A DNA stretch of 64,000 nt from Eledone cirrhosa (lineage: Eukaryota), in the NCBI GenBank assembly GCA_964016885.1, contig OZ024765.1, positions 20,522,001 to 20,586,000 of the forward strand, read 5' to 3'. The number at the start of each line of letters is the position of its first letter. Positions within the stretch are counted from its first letter, which is position 1. Of the stretch, positions 42,495 to 53,895 are shown one piece after another. The translations under genes were made by a program, and so were the position numbers. The notes below the pieces were generated by a model. The model was not told the origin of the DNA. It did no database searches and worked only from the letters and a program-made list of their open reading frames with translations.

Positions 42495-42580
42495 GTCTCG
42501 GTGGCCTATTGTTAGGTGTTAGAGAGGACGAAGATCTTGGTCTCGAGTTCAATCTTGCCCAGGCACTACAAAGTATTTTT
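42495..42580 (+). ncRNA. Diverged tRNA-like Pol III unit (paralogue of unit 1)
   Basis: TATA at 42461, A box TGGCCTATTGT at 42502 (41 bp), B box GTTCAATC at 42547 (45 nt), long T run from 42576, upstream GGCATGAACACCACCACGTC box. Confidence 0.55.
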
Positions 42581-42601
42581 TTTTTTTTCATAAGAAAAAT
42601 G

Positions 42602-42685
42602 AAAAAAATAGCGGATTCTGGTCGAGATTGAACACCTGACTAGGATCACCACCGTCTCTAACACTTACCATTAAGCCACCGAGAC
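42602..42685 (-). ncRNA. Diverged tRNA-like Pol III unit (paralogue of unit 2) with full upstream region
   Basis: TATA at 42719, A box TGGCTTAATGG at 42678 (41 bp), B box GTTCAATC at 42633 (45 nt), T7 at 42608-42602, upstream GGCATGAACGCCGCCACATC box. Confidence 0.55.
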
Positions 42686-44054
42686 AACTACTCAAACAGA
42701 TTGAAAATTAATATTTATAAACCTACTTTCTATTGCAAAGCTTAATTGATGTGGCGGCGTTCATGCCTTTCGCAATATTATTAATACTACAAAAAGGGGT
42801 GAACATTAATTTTTATCCGTCTGGGACTTTCACGAAATATATTTTGATTTGGTTTCTCATTTCTCTAGGGTTTATTTGATCTTATATCCAGATGATCTGC
42901 AGTGTCGTTATTCAATGGTCATACATTTTTCTTCGGGTGAGGGTTGTGGAGACAGAGCCCCAAAACACTCCTTCCAGCGGGTCCTGTGTGTGTGTGTGTG
43001 TGTGTGTGTGTTAGATTTGATCCTAGGTGGCGTTCAAGACTTTCACAGTATTATTGGTACTAGAAAGGGTCGACCTTGTCTTTCATCCCTCTGGGGCTTC
43101 TATAAAGTAAATCTTGATTTTGTTTATTATCGCTCTAGGGTTGAGGTGAACTTCCATTGACTCCGTCTGTAGTAGTACTCAATAACTTCAAATCTGTCAT
43201 ACCTCATTCCCATGTGTGTTTGTCTGTGTGTGATAGATTCCAACCAAGTGTGATGTGTCGGTAAATTGTCAAACCTGATTCCTACATAGATAGATATGTG
43301 TACATATGTAAGATTTGAAACTACAATGATATGAGTTGAAGTAATGGCGCTATGTATATGTAGTGTTTCCTCCATTAAAAAATAATTAAAAGCAATTCTA
43401 TATCATCCCAGTGAAAGATTGAACTCCTGACAAAACCTTACGCTACATAACACCAAACCTACATTACATACTTAACCACTAAGCCACCGACATACATAGA
43501 GATTTGTATATCAAAATAAAGTATTGAAACGTCAATTTTTATTATTTATTTTTTATTTTTAAATAACATTAGACCACCTTTGTGTTTTCAGAGCAGATAC
43601 TACGGACATTAATTTTGAATTTTATGTTTTGAGAGCAGATAAAATAAAGTACCAGTTACATACTGGGATCAATTTAATACAGTCTTGTCTCCGGAAATTC
43701 CTGGATATGTGCTTATATGTTCGTGAATAAATATAAGTAAAAATTTATAAATACATGCCTGTATGTATTTATAAATACGTACGTGCGTGTGTGTGCGTGA
43801 AAGGTAAACAGAAATAACAACACAATCGGTACAGTATATGGATGGGATATATTAGATTAACGCTTGATATAGCAGGAAGAGAGTCTTAACGTTTCGGGCG
43901 CTTGTGCTTCCTCAGAGGGAAGAAGGAGAAATAAAATAGATTGAGGGGACGGGCGGGTTGGAATTGGAAAAAATGACTTTAGATAAAAATAACAGGTACA
44001 TTCATGTTGACATCTCTTGCAAAACTGTTGGTGCTAGCGTTAATACAAGTAAAG

Positions 44055-46136
44055 CATCATCATCATCATCAACGTTTAACGTCCGTGTTCCACGCTTGCA
44101 TGGGTTTGGACGGGGGTATTCCCACTTGAGGCAAGAGTGATTGTCTTGCTCGCATAGGACTGTCTGGCAGGTTTTCTACAGTTGGATGCCCTTCCTAACA
44201 CCAACCACATTTACAGTGTGGATCTGGGAGGTTTTTACCGTGTTGCCTACACGACCACATTACAGCGTGGACTGTGTGTTTTTTTGTCGTGACACCTACA
44301 CGATCTCATTTGTTTCGGCCTGGATGGCGCGGCACCAACATAACTTTACATAGAACGGGGTGGTGTGGATGGGGTGGGGGTGGTGGGACGGGGTGTATTT
44401 TGTTAGAGATGCCTACTGGCTGTAGTAGGTTTTACTATGTATTTAGGTAAGGCGGGTCTTCTCTATTACTGAGTACCGCCAAAGGTCTCGGTCCAGTGAC
44501 ATTGTCTTGGAGAGGTGTAAGTGTGTGAGGTCGGAGTTTATCAGCTCGTCCCAGGTTTTTCTAGGTCTGCCTATTCCGTGGCTACCGTCTATCTTTATTG
44601 CCCTGCACTTTGTTATACAGCTATCGACTTTCATGCGCATCACGTGTCCATACCAACGTAGCCTTCTCTCGAGTAAACAACATCTGATCCCTCTTATTTC
44701 TAATTTTTTCCTTAGTTCGTTTATGCTTTGCCGTTCACATATATTACTGTTACACATCCAGCGGAGCATGCAAGCTTCGTTCCTCTCTAGTCTGCGTATA
44801 TCCTCTGCACACAATGCCCAGGTCTCACTGCCATGCAACATTGCTGTTCGTATGCAGGCATCATACAACCTGCCTTTCATTTTTATGGAGAACCCTTTAG
44901 CAGCTAATAGTGGTATAAGCTCTCTGAACTTTTTCCAACCAGTTCTGACTCTAGCTACTGTACTTTCAGAGCACCCTCCCCCACTGCTGATTTTGTCGCC
45001 CAGGTAACGGAAGCTGTCAACTATTTCTATAGGACCCTCTGCGCAATTGAAAGAGCTAGTATTTTGTGGGCACTTGCTGCTACTTATTGCACCAGAACAC
45101 CGGCCACATGTAAAATCTGTTCTTAGTTAGCTTACCTGTGATCCCACTACACCTTTTATGCACCCATGGGACATAAAACGGAGTTTCTACCTACGCCTTT
45201 CCTACACACTGAGCATGGCCATTTCCCAGAAGGGACCGCCGCCTTATTTTCTTTCCTAGAAACTAGAACTTTAGTCTTAGCCAGGTTAATTTTTAGTCCT
45301 TTTGATTCTAGGCCGTGCTTCCATGTTTGGAATTTCTTCTCTAGCTCGGCCATTGATTCAGCTATGAGTGTCAGGTCGTCTGCGTATAGGAGTTCCCGTG
45401 GGCAGCCGGTCTTGAACTCCTGTTATAGCCTGAAGGGCAATAATAAATAGTAGGGGGCTGAGAACAGAGCCCTGATGGACGCCAACTTTTACGCTAAACT
45501 CTTCACTATATTCGTTGTTAATTCTAACCTTGCTGACTGTTTCTTTATACATGGCTTGTATAGCTCTCACAAGCCATTCGTCAACACCTAGTTTTCTAAG
45601 AGCCCACCAGATAATGGAACGGGGGACTCTGTCGAAGGCTTTCTCCAAGTCGACAAAAGCTAAGTAGAGGGGTTTACCTTTAGCTAGGTACTTCTCCTGT
45701 AGTTGTCGTACAATGAAAAGAGCGTCTGTGGTACTTTTGCCTGACACAAACCCGAACTGCATTTCATCTAGGTCAATTCTCTCTCTGATTAGTTGTGCTA
45801 TTACTTTTTCTGTGACCTTCATGACCTGGTCGATTAATTTAATGCCTCTATAGTTACTCCTATCTAGGGCATCTCCTTTACCCTTATAACAGTTAACGAT
45901 GATGCTGCTATGCCAGTCCTTCGGAACAACCCCATTCTGTACGACTTGGTTAACTATGCGGGTGACCATGGTGTGTCCCACCGTGCCAGATGCCTTCAGC
46001 ATCTCGGCAACTATTTCCGAAGGCCCAGCCGCCTTACCCGTCTTCATATCCTTGATTGCCTTACTTATTTTACTCCCCTCGACTAACACTGCTGGTCCCT
46101 CTATTGGGTCGATGTGGGGTAGACTGTCTTTCTCCC

Positions 46137-46138
<2 letters not shown>
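44055..46138 (-). mobile_element. 5'-truncated RTE-clade LINE (RT domain, PHD-like finger, C-terminus, 3' UTR, (ATG)n tail), frameshifted
   Basis: ORFs 45358-46089, 45156-45353 and 44443-44880 give NYRGIKL, QFGF, AFVDLEKAFDRV, GVHQGSVLSP, LLYADD (45375-45386, other frame), GLKINLAKTK, RRLRWYGHVMR and GRPRKTW. A (CAT)n run sits at 44055 on the + strand. Confidence 0.95.
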
Positions 46139-46191
<53 letters not shown>

Positions 46192-46408
46192 TGTAATAAA
46201 CAATACAATACAATTATTCCATTTACCAAAGGTTTCACGAAGACAGGCGACTTCAACAGAGTCGTTCGAAGTCGTTCATCAGAAAGGACAATTTAATATG
46301 GATGTATCTTTTCTACAGAAATATATATATATATATATATAATAAGTACACATATATATATATATATAATAAGTACATATATCTATATTAAATATATATA
46401 TATAATAA

Positions 46409-46453
<45 letters not shown>

Positions 46454-46457
46454 TATA

Positions 46458-46906
46458 TCATCATCATCACCATCGTTTAACGTCCGTGTTCCACGTTTGC
46501 ATGGGTTTGGGCGTGAGTTTTCCCACTTGAGGCAAGAGTGGTTGTCTTGCTCGCATAGGACTGTCTGGCGGGTTTTCTACAGCTGGATGCCCTTCCTAAC
46601 AACAAACACATTTATAGTGTGGACAGGGAGGTTTTTACCGTGTTACCTACACGGCCACATTACAGCGTGGACTGTGTGTTTTTTTGTCGTGACACCTACA
46701 CGACCTCATTTGTTTCGGCCTGGATGTTGTGGCACCAACATAACTTTACATTGAAAGGGGCGGTGTGGGTGGGACGGGGGTGTATTTTGTTAGAGATGCC
46801 TACTGACTGTAGTAGGTTTTACTTTGTATTTAGGTAAGGCGGGTCTTCTCTATTACTGAGTACCGCCAAAGGTCTCGGTCCAGTGACATTGTCTTGGAGA
46901 GGTGTA
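46458..46906 (-). mobile_element. RTE LINE 3' end, second copy
   Basis: Close match to 44055-44520 including the (CAT)n tail. Confidence 0.92.
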
Positions 46907-47029
46907 CTTATTTTCTGAAACTCTTTTTGTCAAAGTGCTAAACAGTACATAAACAAAAATATACATACAGACACATACATATATACACACATACATATAT
47001 ATACACGCAAACACATATATAAAATGTAA

Positions 47030-47300
47030 CCTCGTCGGTTTCAACAATGAGTGATTCTGTCGTTTGATCAATAGAACAGCCTGCTTGTTAACAAGTGGCT
47101 GAGCATGTGTACTCTAAACATAATTCAAAGGGAGATGCACTGTGACACAGTACATGGCAAGGCTGACCTTTTGAACGACAGAATTAATCCATCCCACAGG
47201 CTTCCAAACAGTCTGTTTACACAATTTCACTTGCGAGGCTCAAATCAAAGAGAAGCTAAGTTAACTGATGCTTGCCCAAGATGCCACACAGTGGAATTGA
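47030..47300 (-). mobile_element. Degenerate SINE fragment
   Basis: GATCAATAGAACAGCCTGC...CAAGTGGCTGAGCA...TGACACAG...CAAGGCTGACC is related to 39265-39530. Confidence 0.5.
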
Positions 47301-47314
47301 TGGCAGGAGAGAAA

Positions 47315-47635
47315 TGAAGCAAGCATGATCCAATGGATGTGCAATGTCAATGTGTGTGAACGACCAAGCATGGACGAGCTGAGAGAGAAACTGTGTATAA
47401 GAGGGATAAACTGTAGTGTGCAGGAGAGAAGACTACATTGGATGCGCAAGGAAGACGACTGCTGGGTGAAGAAGTGCCAAGTAATCCCAGTGGAAGGAAG
47501 ACGCAGTAGAGGAAGACCACAAAAAACATGGGCGGAGGTGGTGAGAGCTGACCTCAGATCCCTGAAGCTCACAGAGATGACAAAGGACTGTGACAAATGG
47601 AGATATGCTGTGCTGAAAATGACCTGTCCCGCCCT
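47315..47635 (+). mobile_element. RTE LINE ORF 3' fragment (different subfamily)
   Basis: MIQWMCNVNVCER..ELREKL.IRGI..VQERRLHW..GRRSRGRPQKTWAEVV..DL..DKWR is homologous to ORF 44443-44880. Confidence 0.88.
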
Positions 47636-47824
47636 TACTAGTTCCTTATTCCCATTTAACCTTAAAGGTGTACTAAAGCCACAAGCGTTTTTCTATCTAT
47701 GAATTATTAGTGGTGTGAACAGATGAATTAAAACCAAAGCTAATAAATATATCACCAAGGAGGATATCTAAGGATTTATAAAGTTTAAAGTCTGTCTCGA
47801 ACCTGGAGGTTCATCAAACTGGTG

Positions 47825-48060
47825 CCTGTCTAGGTTTCCCTGGCGTTAAGTGACTGAGAATACAAGACTCCTCCTTGGACAGGACACCAGTCCACCGCAG
47901 GGTTAAACCCCCAGCTATTGCTGGTACTGATTTTCAGCTGAGTATATTGGAGCAATGTGAAATGAAGTGTTTTGCTCAAGAACACAACAAACAACCCAGG
48001 AATCGAATCAACATATGAACGTAAGACCAACACACTTACCACTAGGTCTCGCACCTCCAC
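47825..48060 (-). mobile_element. tRNA-derived SINE, full length
   Basis: Minus-strand head GGAGGTGCGAGACCTAGTGGTAAG (A box) ... GATTCGATTCC (B box), then body TGTGTTCTTGAGCAAAACACTTCATTTCACATTGCTCC...GTGGACTGGTGTCCTGTCCAAGG. Confidence 0.85.
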
Positions 48061-49212
48061 TATCGAAGGATCTACACTTCATTAAATAATAAATTAGACT
48101 TATGCTTACGTCGCCGACATAATTATGGTCGGAAAGGACATTACTGAACATAAGGAATCTACAACTAAAGGAAGACAACAGCAACGGTCCCTCCTATCTG
48201 AAATATTAAGGAATCTACATAGGGCCCCGTTGGCCCATCTTCCTACCAAAAGAATTATTTTAACAGGCCTACCTCCTCGAGGGCCCAAGTAAGGGGCCTC
48301 ATAACTCAACTAGCACAGGGCCTCATTTGTCGTAAATCCGGAACTGACTTTCCATACAATTATATATATATATATATATAAGAAGAAATTAAAAGATGGT
48401 TTAAAAAGTTCCATGTATTTTATTATGCGCATTTCAAAACAAATATCATCCTGGGACGATATTTGCGTTCTCATCAGATAAAATAGGGAGACATGATATA
48501 ATGCTTAAAAAAAAACAAAAAACACTTGTGAACAAGGTAGTGTCTAATCAACATATGATAAATATGCTTTATTGTTCTACAATAAAACTCACCTCCCACA
48601 TATATATATAATGTGTGTGTATGTGTATGACCCCTAGCAAGCCAAACTACACTTACAACAGAACACACACGGCAAAAAGAAACATTACCTGTTAGAGACG
48701 CACGTCAAACAATTTGTTAGTGAAATACCGGTGTAACTATTTCAGTTTACCCTAGTTTTAAATCACACCCATTTATTAATTTATTTAGCGACATTTCAAT
48801 TAAAATTCATATATATTCCCAATTCCTAGGGGAGGGGTATAAAAGTCATATTTTCAATTCAAACTTCGCTACCAAAGCCAGGTTGTGTTTTATACATTCG
48901 ATGTGCGAATATGCATGGTAGAAATAGCAGCCAAAGACCAGAAAATTACAGAACGTACTACACACACATATATATGTATATATTTCAGTACATATGTATA
49001 TATGGAATTATGTAATAAAATGAAGATGTATGAATAGAACTGTCTCTCTTATTTATTATACTAACACTTCGATTGAAACCTTACTTAGAAAATCATAAGG
49101 AATACACATCGTAAAGTGCTTTACTATATACTTTATATATATATATATATATATATTTCGTTTCTGAATTTGTTTAGCAAGATTCTTTATCTGAAATCGT
49201 GTGTTGAAACCG

Positions 49213-49727
49213 ATATTGTTATACTTTGGGAGGGTCATGTTGCCAATAAGAAACACACGCACCAGTTGCTTTCACTTCAATTTAATTTATTAAATATTTA
49301 TAAATTTACAAATTTATAAATTTCTGGTTGGTTGGTTGGTTCCACAACCAGATAGTTGTTTATATATATATAGTCATAGTTCTTTCGTCACACACTCTGT
49401 GACCTCTTCAGTGACTGGGGATTTCTTTCTTCGTTTCTGTGCCTTTCCTTTCTTCTATCCTACGCCATTTTCTGGCGTAGGATAGAAGAAAGGAAAGGCA
49501 CAGAAACGAAGAAAGAAATCCCCAGTCACTGAAGAGGTCACAGAGTGTGTGACGAAAGAACTATGACTATATATATATAAACAACTATCTGGTTGTGGAA
49601 CCAACCAACCAACCAGAAATTTATAAATTTGTAAATTTATAAATATTTAATAAATTAAATTGAAGTGAAAGCAACTGGTGCGTGTGTTTCTTATTGGCAA
49701 CATGACCCTCCCAAAGTATAACAATAT
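49213..49727. repeat. Perfect palindrome: 255 bp arms, 5 nt loop (TTTTC, 49468-49472)
   Basis: 49213-49467 is the reverse complement of 49473-49727 with no mismatch seen by eye. Confidence 0.96.
49524..49568 (+). ncRNA. Minimal type I hammerhead ribozyme-like motif (mirror copy on - strand at 49372-49416)
   Basis: AGTCA-CTGAAGA-G-GTCACA-gagtg-TGTGAC-GAAA-G-aa-C-TA-TGACT: stem I AGTCA/TGACT, core CUGAAGA and GAAA, 6 bp stem II, 2 bp stem III, NUH = CUA. There is one extra G before stem II. Confidence 0.6.
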
Positions 49728-49793
49728 ATATATATAAATGTATGTATATATATATATTGTATATCTGCTCGTATATATACGTCTATGTTCCCT

Positions 49794-50156
49794 TGACTGC
49801 TATTTCTAGTGCTAAAAATAAAACCGAAGTGGACAAGATGGAAAAGGTTAGCTAAAATTCAGCCCCAACTTTTTAAACAATAGTTTATTTTATGTAAACA
49901 AACCGAGAATTTTTCGCAAGAAAAATAACTCTAGTCTTACTTAAATCCAAAAATTTAGACAAAAATTTTGCGGGTGTGCAGTTTATATAAACCTTCTTAT
50001 TTGGTCTTGTTTGTTGGCATTTGACTGCTATTTCTAGCATATATTAATAGACACTTAGAAATAGCAGCCAAAAATCAGCGAAAAACTGTTTAGAAAACAA
50101 GAGAAAGAAGGACATACACACACACATATATATATATATCTATGTGTATATATATA

Positions 50157-50188
<32 letters not shown>

Positions 50189-50508
50189 CACATATCCATA
50201 AATATATATACACACCTGTGTGTGTACTTCTGATGTTTTCAGTTTTCGCTGTTATTTCTAAAATGTCCATACATGCTAGAAATAGCAGTCAAATACCAGC
50301 AAATACGACCAAACAAACTGCACACCCGCAAAATTTTTGTGTCGATTTTTGCCATTAAGTAAGACAAGAGTTATCTTTCTTGGCAAAAACTTTTCTATTG
50401 TTTAAAAACTTTTGCCTGATTTTAAGCCAAAGTTTTTTAATGGCTGCCACTTCCGGTTTTTGTTGTGCGTCTACAGGAGAGCAACAAACCTGCTAGAAAT
50501 AGCAGTCA
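49794..50508. mobile_element. Foldback/MITE-like element with long imperfect inverted arms around a TA/CA microsatellite
   Basis: TGACTGCTATTTCTAG / CTAGAAATAGCAGTCA at the ends and internally; ACAAAAATTTTGCGGGTGTGCAGTTT (~49960) mirrored by AAACTGCACACCCGCAAAATTTTTGT (~50315). Confidence 0.7.
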
Positions 50509-50616
50509 TAGCAACACACTGACATATATTTATCTATGAGGGATTCTCAAGGTGGGGTGCACGCCCCACAGGGGACAATTTGAAAGTGATATAATACGAC
50601 CAAACTTCCAGATACA

Positions 50617-50892
50617 CTTCGTATACACATCTTATCGTGTATCTGGCAGCACCTATGAGAAGTTTGTTTACATTTTGGAGTTTATTTTGATCATCGCTGC
50701 ATCGCAGCTTTGTTTAAATAAAGGGTTTCTACTTTATATTACAGTCATAAAAGTTTAACTTCGTCTACACATGTTATCGTGTCTCTGGTAGCACCTACGG
50801 GCTGTTTGTTTACACTTTGAAGTTTGTTTTGATCATCGCTGCATCGCAGCTTTGTTTAAATAAAGGATTTCTACTTTATATTACAGTAATAA
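50617..50892 (+). repeat. ~140 bp tandem duplication (2 copies)
   Basis: TACACAT.TTATCGTGT.TCTGG.AGCACCTA...GATCATCGCTGCATCGCAGCTTTGTTTAAATAAAGG.TTTCTACTTTATATTACAGT occurs twice. Confidence 0.9.
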
Positions 50893-51266
50893 CACTTTTA
50901 CAAGACTCTGTTTTTTTTATATTAAAGAGGAACATAAACATATTTTAAATGTTGATATATATTTATTTATTTATGTCCTTCTTTCTGTTGTTTACTACCC
51001 TCTAAACTCAGCAATTCTAGCACACACACACACACACTATATATATATTTATATTGGGGTTATAATTAAAGAGCCTAAGACTAAAAGATATATATATAGA
51101 TGTCGAAACGGCAGGAGCTCAGCCGTCAGGGTCCTGAATATTTTCATATATATATATGTGTGTGTGTGTTCTGCGACATTTATAGTTACATAAATAAGCA
51201 TCTAATTATTTGAATAACAAAATTTGAGGTTTAAATACTTTATTTTTTACCAATAACATTAAGAAA

Positions 51267-51420
51267 GGCATGAACAACACCACATGTTAATTACTTCAAT
51301 ATTGAAAGTAGGTTTATAAATATTAAATTCACCAGATTCTTATAGCCTTCATGGTGGTTTTGTGGGAGATACCAGAGATGGTGGAGGTCCTGGTTTGGGG
51401 TTCAATCCTGGTCACGAGAT
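51267..51420 (+). ncRNA. Solo diverged tRNA-like Pol III unit with upstream box and TATA (A box decayed)
   Basis: GGCATGAACAACACCACATG, 17 bp, GAAAGTAGGTTTATAAATA; decayed A box at 51355; AGAGATGGTGGAGGTCCTGG; B box GGTTCAATCC at 51400 (45 nt). No nearby T run. Confidence 0.5.
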
Positions 51421-51795
51421 ACACATAGGGATTGATAAAGTAGCAGTCAAATACTAGGGGTCAATTCTCACTCTCTATCCTTCTCTGGTAGAAATCTGTT
51501 TTATTCAGACCTGGAGATGTTGTTTTTTTCTAGACAGAAAGAGAGACTTTTGTTATGTACTAAAACGTTAATTATTTTCACTGGACTTTTAATTCCTTTT
51601 TCTACTCTTTAGATTGAATAAACCTTAACATTTTACGTCTTCAATTATATTTACCGTAACTCATGTTAGTCTTTACAGTCAAGGATCTGTTTTTATTACA
51701 TCTATTTCAACTCCAAGGTGTGGTCGAGAAAGTGTATCCCCAAAATAAAGTGTCCAGCTAAGGAGTTCCGTAGGAAATGTTAAAAGGATTTAGTA

Positions 51796-52383
51796 CAGGG
51801 GTTCTCAACCATTTTTGTGTCATTGGCCCCAGTTTCACATGGAAAATTTTTCCACTGTACACCTGTTATTTGCATATCTCCTTTGAATATATATTTTGAA
51901 ATACCTTCTTAATACTCCAAAATCTTATATCGCCCACCTGTCTGGTAAATATTCAAAAGCAAACCAAACATTTTTGGTAAAAGTTTGTTACTGGTTCTTT
52001 ATTCCAACTTAGCCTCCTGCTATTTTTTTTATACAGGTTCTTTGCATATCTCCTTTGAATATTTGTTTTGGAGTAGCATATATTGAAATACCTTCTAAAC
52101 CCTTTAGCACTTAAACCAGCCATATCCTGCCAGAATTCTATCACCTCTTTCTGTTCAAACCAGCTGTAACTGTTCTCAAAATATAGAATATCAAAATCTC
52201 ATAGATTCTATATCATGAGATATGTGAGATAAAGCCTTTACCATGAAAATACAATAGTATATATAGAGTAAAGTAAATACCAAAGGGTTAATAATACTCA
52301 AAATCCTATATCACCTACCATTTTATCTTAAATCGGTCCTCGCCCCACCCAACACTTGAAATCACTCAGGTTAGGAAACCATG
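51796..52383. mobile_element. hAT-type MITE with 8 bp target-site duplication
   Basis: TIRs CAGGGGTTCTCAACC / GGTTAGGAAACCATG; flanks ATTTAGTA (51788-51795) and GTTTAGTA (52384-52391). Confidence 0.85.
52100..52287. mobile_element. piggyBac-like MITE nested in the hAT MITE
   Basis: (TAAA)CCCTTTAG ... CCAAAGGG(TTAA). The array copies of the hAT MITE show the empty site TACCTTCTTAAATCTC. Confidence 0.75.
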
Positions 52384-52554
52384 GTTTAGTAACTCCAGGT
52401 GTTTTTTTAATTTGTTTCACTTAAAGTAAAATAAAAACCTGTGATGTAAACATATGAATTAAAGCCAAAACTAATAAATATATCACCAAGAGGAATATCT
52501 AAAGATTTCCAAAGTGTAAAGTCAGCTCGAGCCTGGAGACTCATCAAGCAGGTG

Positions 52555-53895
52555 CTTGTCCCGGTAGTGTGAAGTGACTGAGAGTACATGACTTCCCCTG
52601 GACATGATGTCAGTCCATCGTAGGGTTAAACCCCCACCTATTGCTGGTACTCATTTTCAACTGTCTATATTGGAACAATGTGAAATGAAGTGTTTTGCTC
52701 AAGAACACAATACACAAGATTTATGGCAAAACTCTGCAATGAGTATGAAGGGTGATCTTTTTAACTGGTTGAAGTCCTTCATCTCAGTCGAAGAGAGGTA
52801 GTCACGGTTCTTAGAGAGCATTCTTCACCCTATGTGATGTCATCTGGTGTACCACAGGGATCTGTTCTTGGTCCTCTTTTGTTTGTTGCATATATTAATG
52901 CCATAGATGCCAACTTAAAGAATGCCACAGTACTGAAATATGCAGATGGCATCAAGCTGTACCTTGAGATAAAAAAGGACAGATCCTGAACACTATCTTT
53001 CCTGCAATCCTGGATACAATGCAGCAATGGATCACGGACTGGCAACTCAAGCTGGCTGTGGACAAATGTACCACCATGCATTTTGGGAGTAAAAACCCAG
53101 CGTCCACATACTCCCTCCACAACACTAATATCAAGAAGTCTTCTTGTGAACGTGACCTGAGCATTACTGTCAGCAGCGATTTGCGTTGGACAAAGCACGT
53201 CAAATATTCAAGAAGGCCGAGCGTTTCTTGGCATCACTCAGCAAGACCTTTGGCAGCTTCTCTCCAGCTATCTATTTAAAGCTGTATATAGCTATGGTGC
53301 GGCCACACTGAGAATTTGCATCTTGCTCAGAACATCGACCTCCTGGAAGCCGTTCAGAGATGTGCAACCAAATGAATACCCTTTGGCATCTATCATACTC
53401 TGAACGCCTTGCTTCCCTGGGCATGGATACATTGAAGCTCCGCCTGGCAACAGACTTGGTAAAGACCCACAAAATTATTAACCATCTTGCCAACAACAAC
53501 CCTGAGCACCTTTTCGAATTCCATGTGTCTAACACACATGGGCATGCCCACAAAGTCAGAAAACAGCACAGCTCCCATGACATTTGGAAACATTTTTTTA
53601 CGCTCAGAGTTGCTGAAGCATGGAACAAACTACCTGCATCAGTTGTTAGCTGCTGAGACACAGTATCATTTATAACCTCCATGCTTCCTTAAATTCACTA
53701 ACACTACACCTGATATACTCCCCTCCATACACATGCTCACATGTATATCATGTCTCATACATGCACCTTTGATGAGTGGTAGTTCACCTGAGCACTGTAC
53801 ACAATAATTTCATTATATTTTACAACCCAGTCTAGGAATCGAATCCACATATGATCGTAAGTCCAACACACTTTCTACTAGGCCACGCACCTTCA
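52555..53895 (-). mobile_element. tRNA-derived SINE (paralogue of 47825-48060) split by a CR1 insertion
   Basis: 52555-52710 matches the SINE body and 53822-53895 matches the SINE head (AGGAATCGAATC...CTAGGCCACGCACC). Confidence 0.85.
52711..53821 (+). mobile_element. 5'-truncated, decayed CR1/L2-clade LINE
   Basis: NWLKSFIS..SGVPQGSVLGPLLFVAYIN..KYADGIKLY..WQLKLAVDKCTTMHFG..ERDLSITVSSDLRWTKHV..LSYSERLASLGMDTL..HGHAHKV..FFTLRVAEAWNKLP, with several frameshifts and stops. Confidence 0.93.

Larger units (their letters stand above)
38630..43710 (+). repeat. Older, strongly diverged paralogue of the array unit, colinear with it
   Basis: Approximate correspondences: 38630-39240 to unit 3840-4520; 39660-39780 to the unit start; 40310-40740 to the CR1 remnant; 41330-42250 to 840-1660; 42250-42730 to 1660-2140; 43010-43700 to 3820-4500. 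Confidence 0.8.

Noticed and set aside
44507-45007. Plus-strand ORFs over the RTE elements (also 45166-45450, 45899-46342, 62736-63020)
   Set aside because: Antisense shadows of the LINE reading frame.
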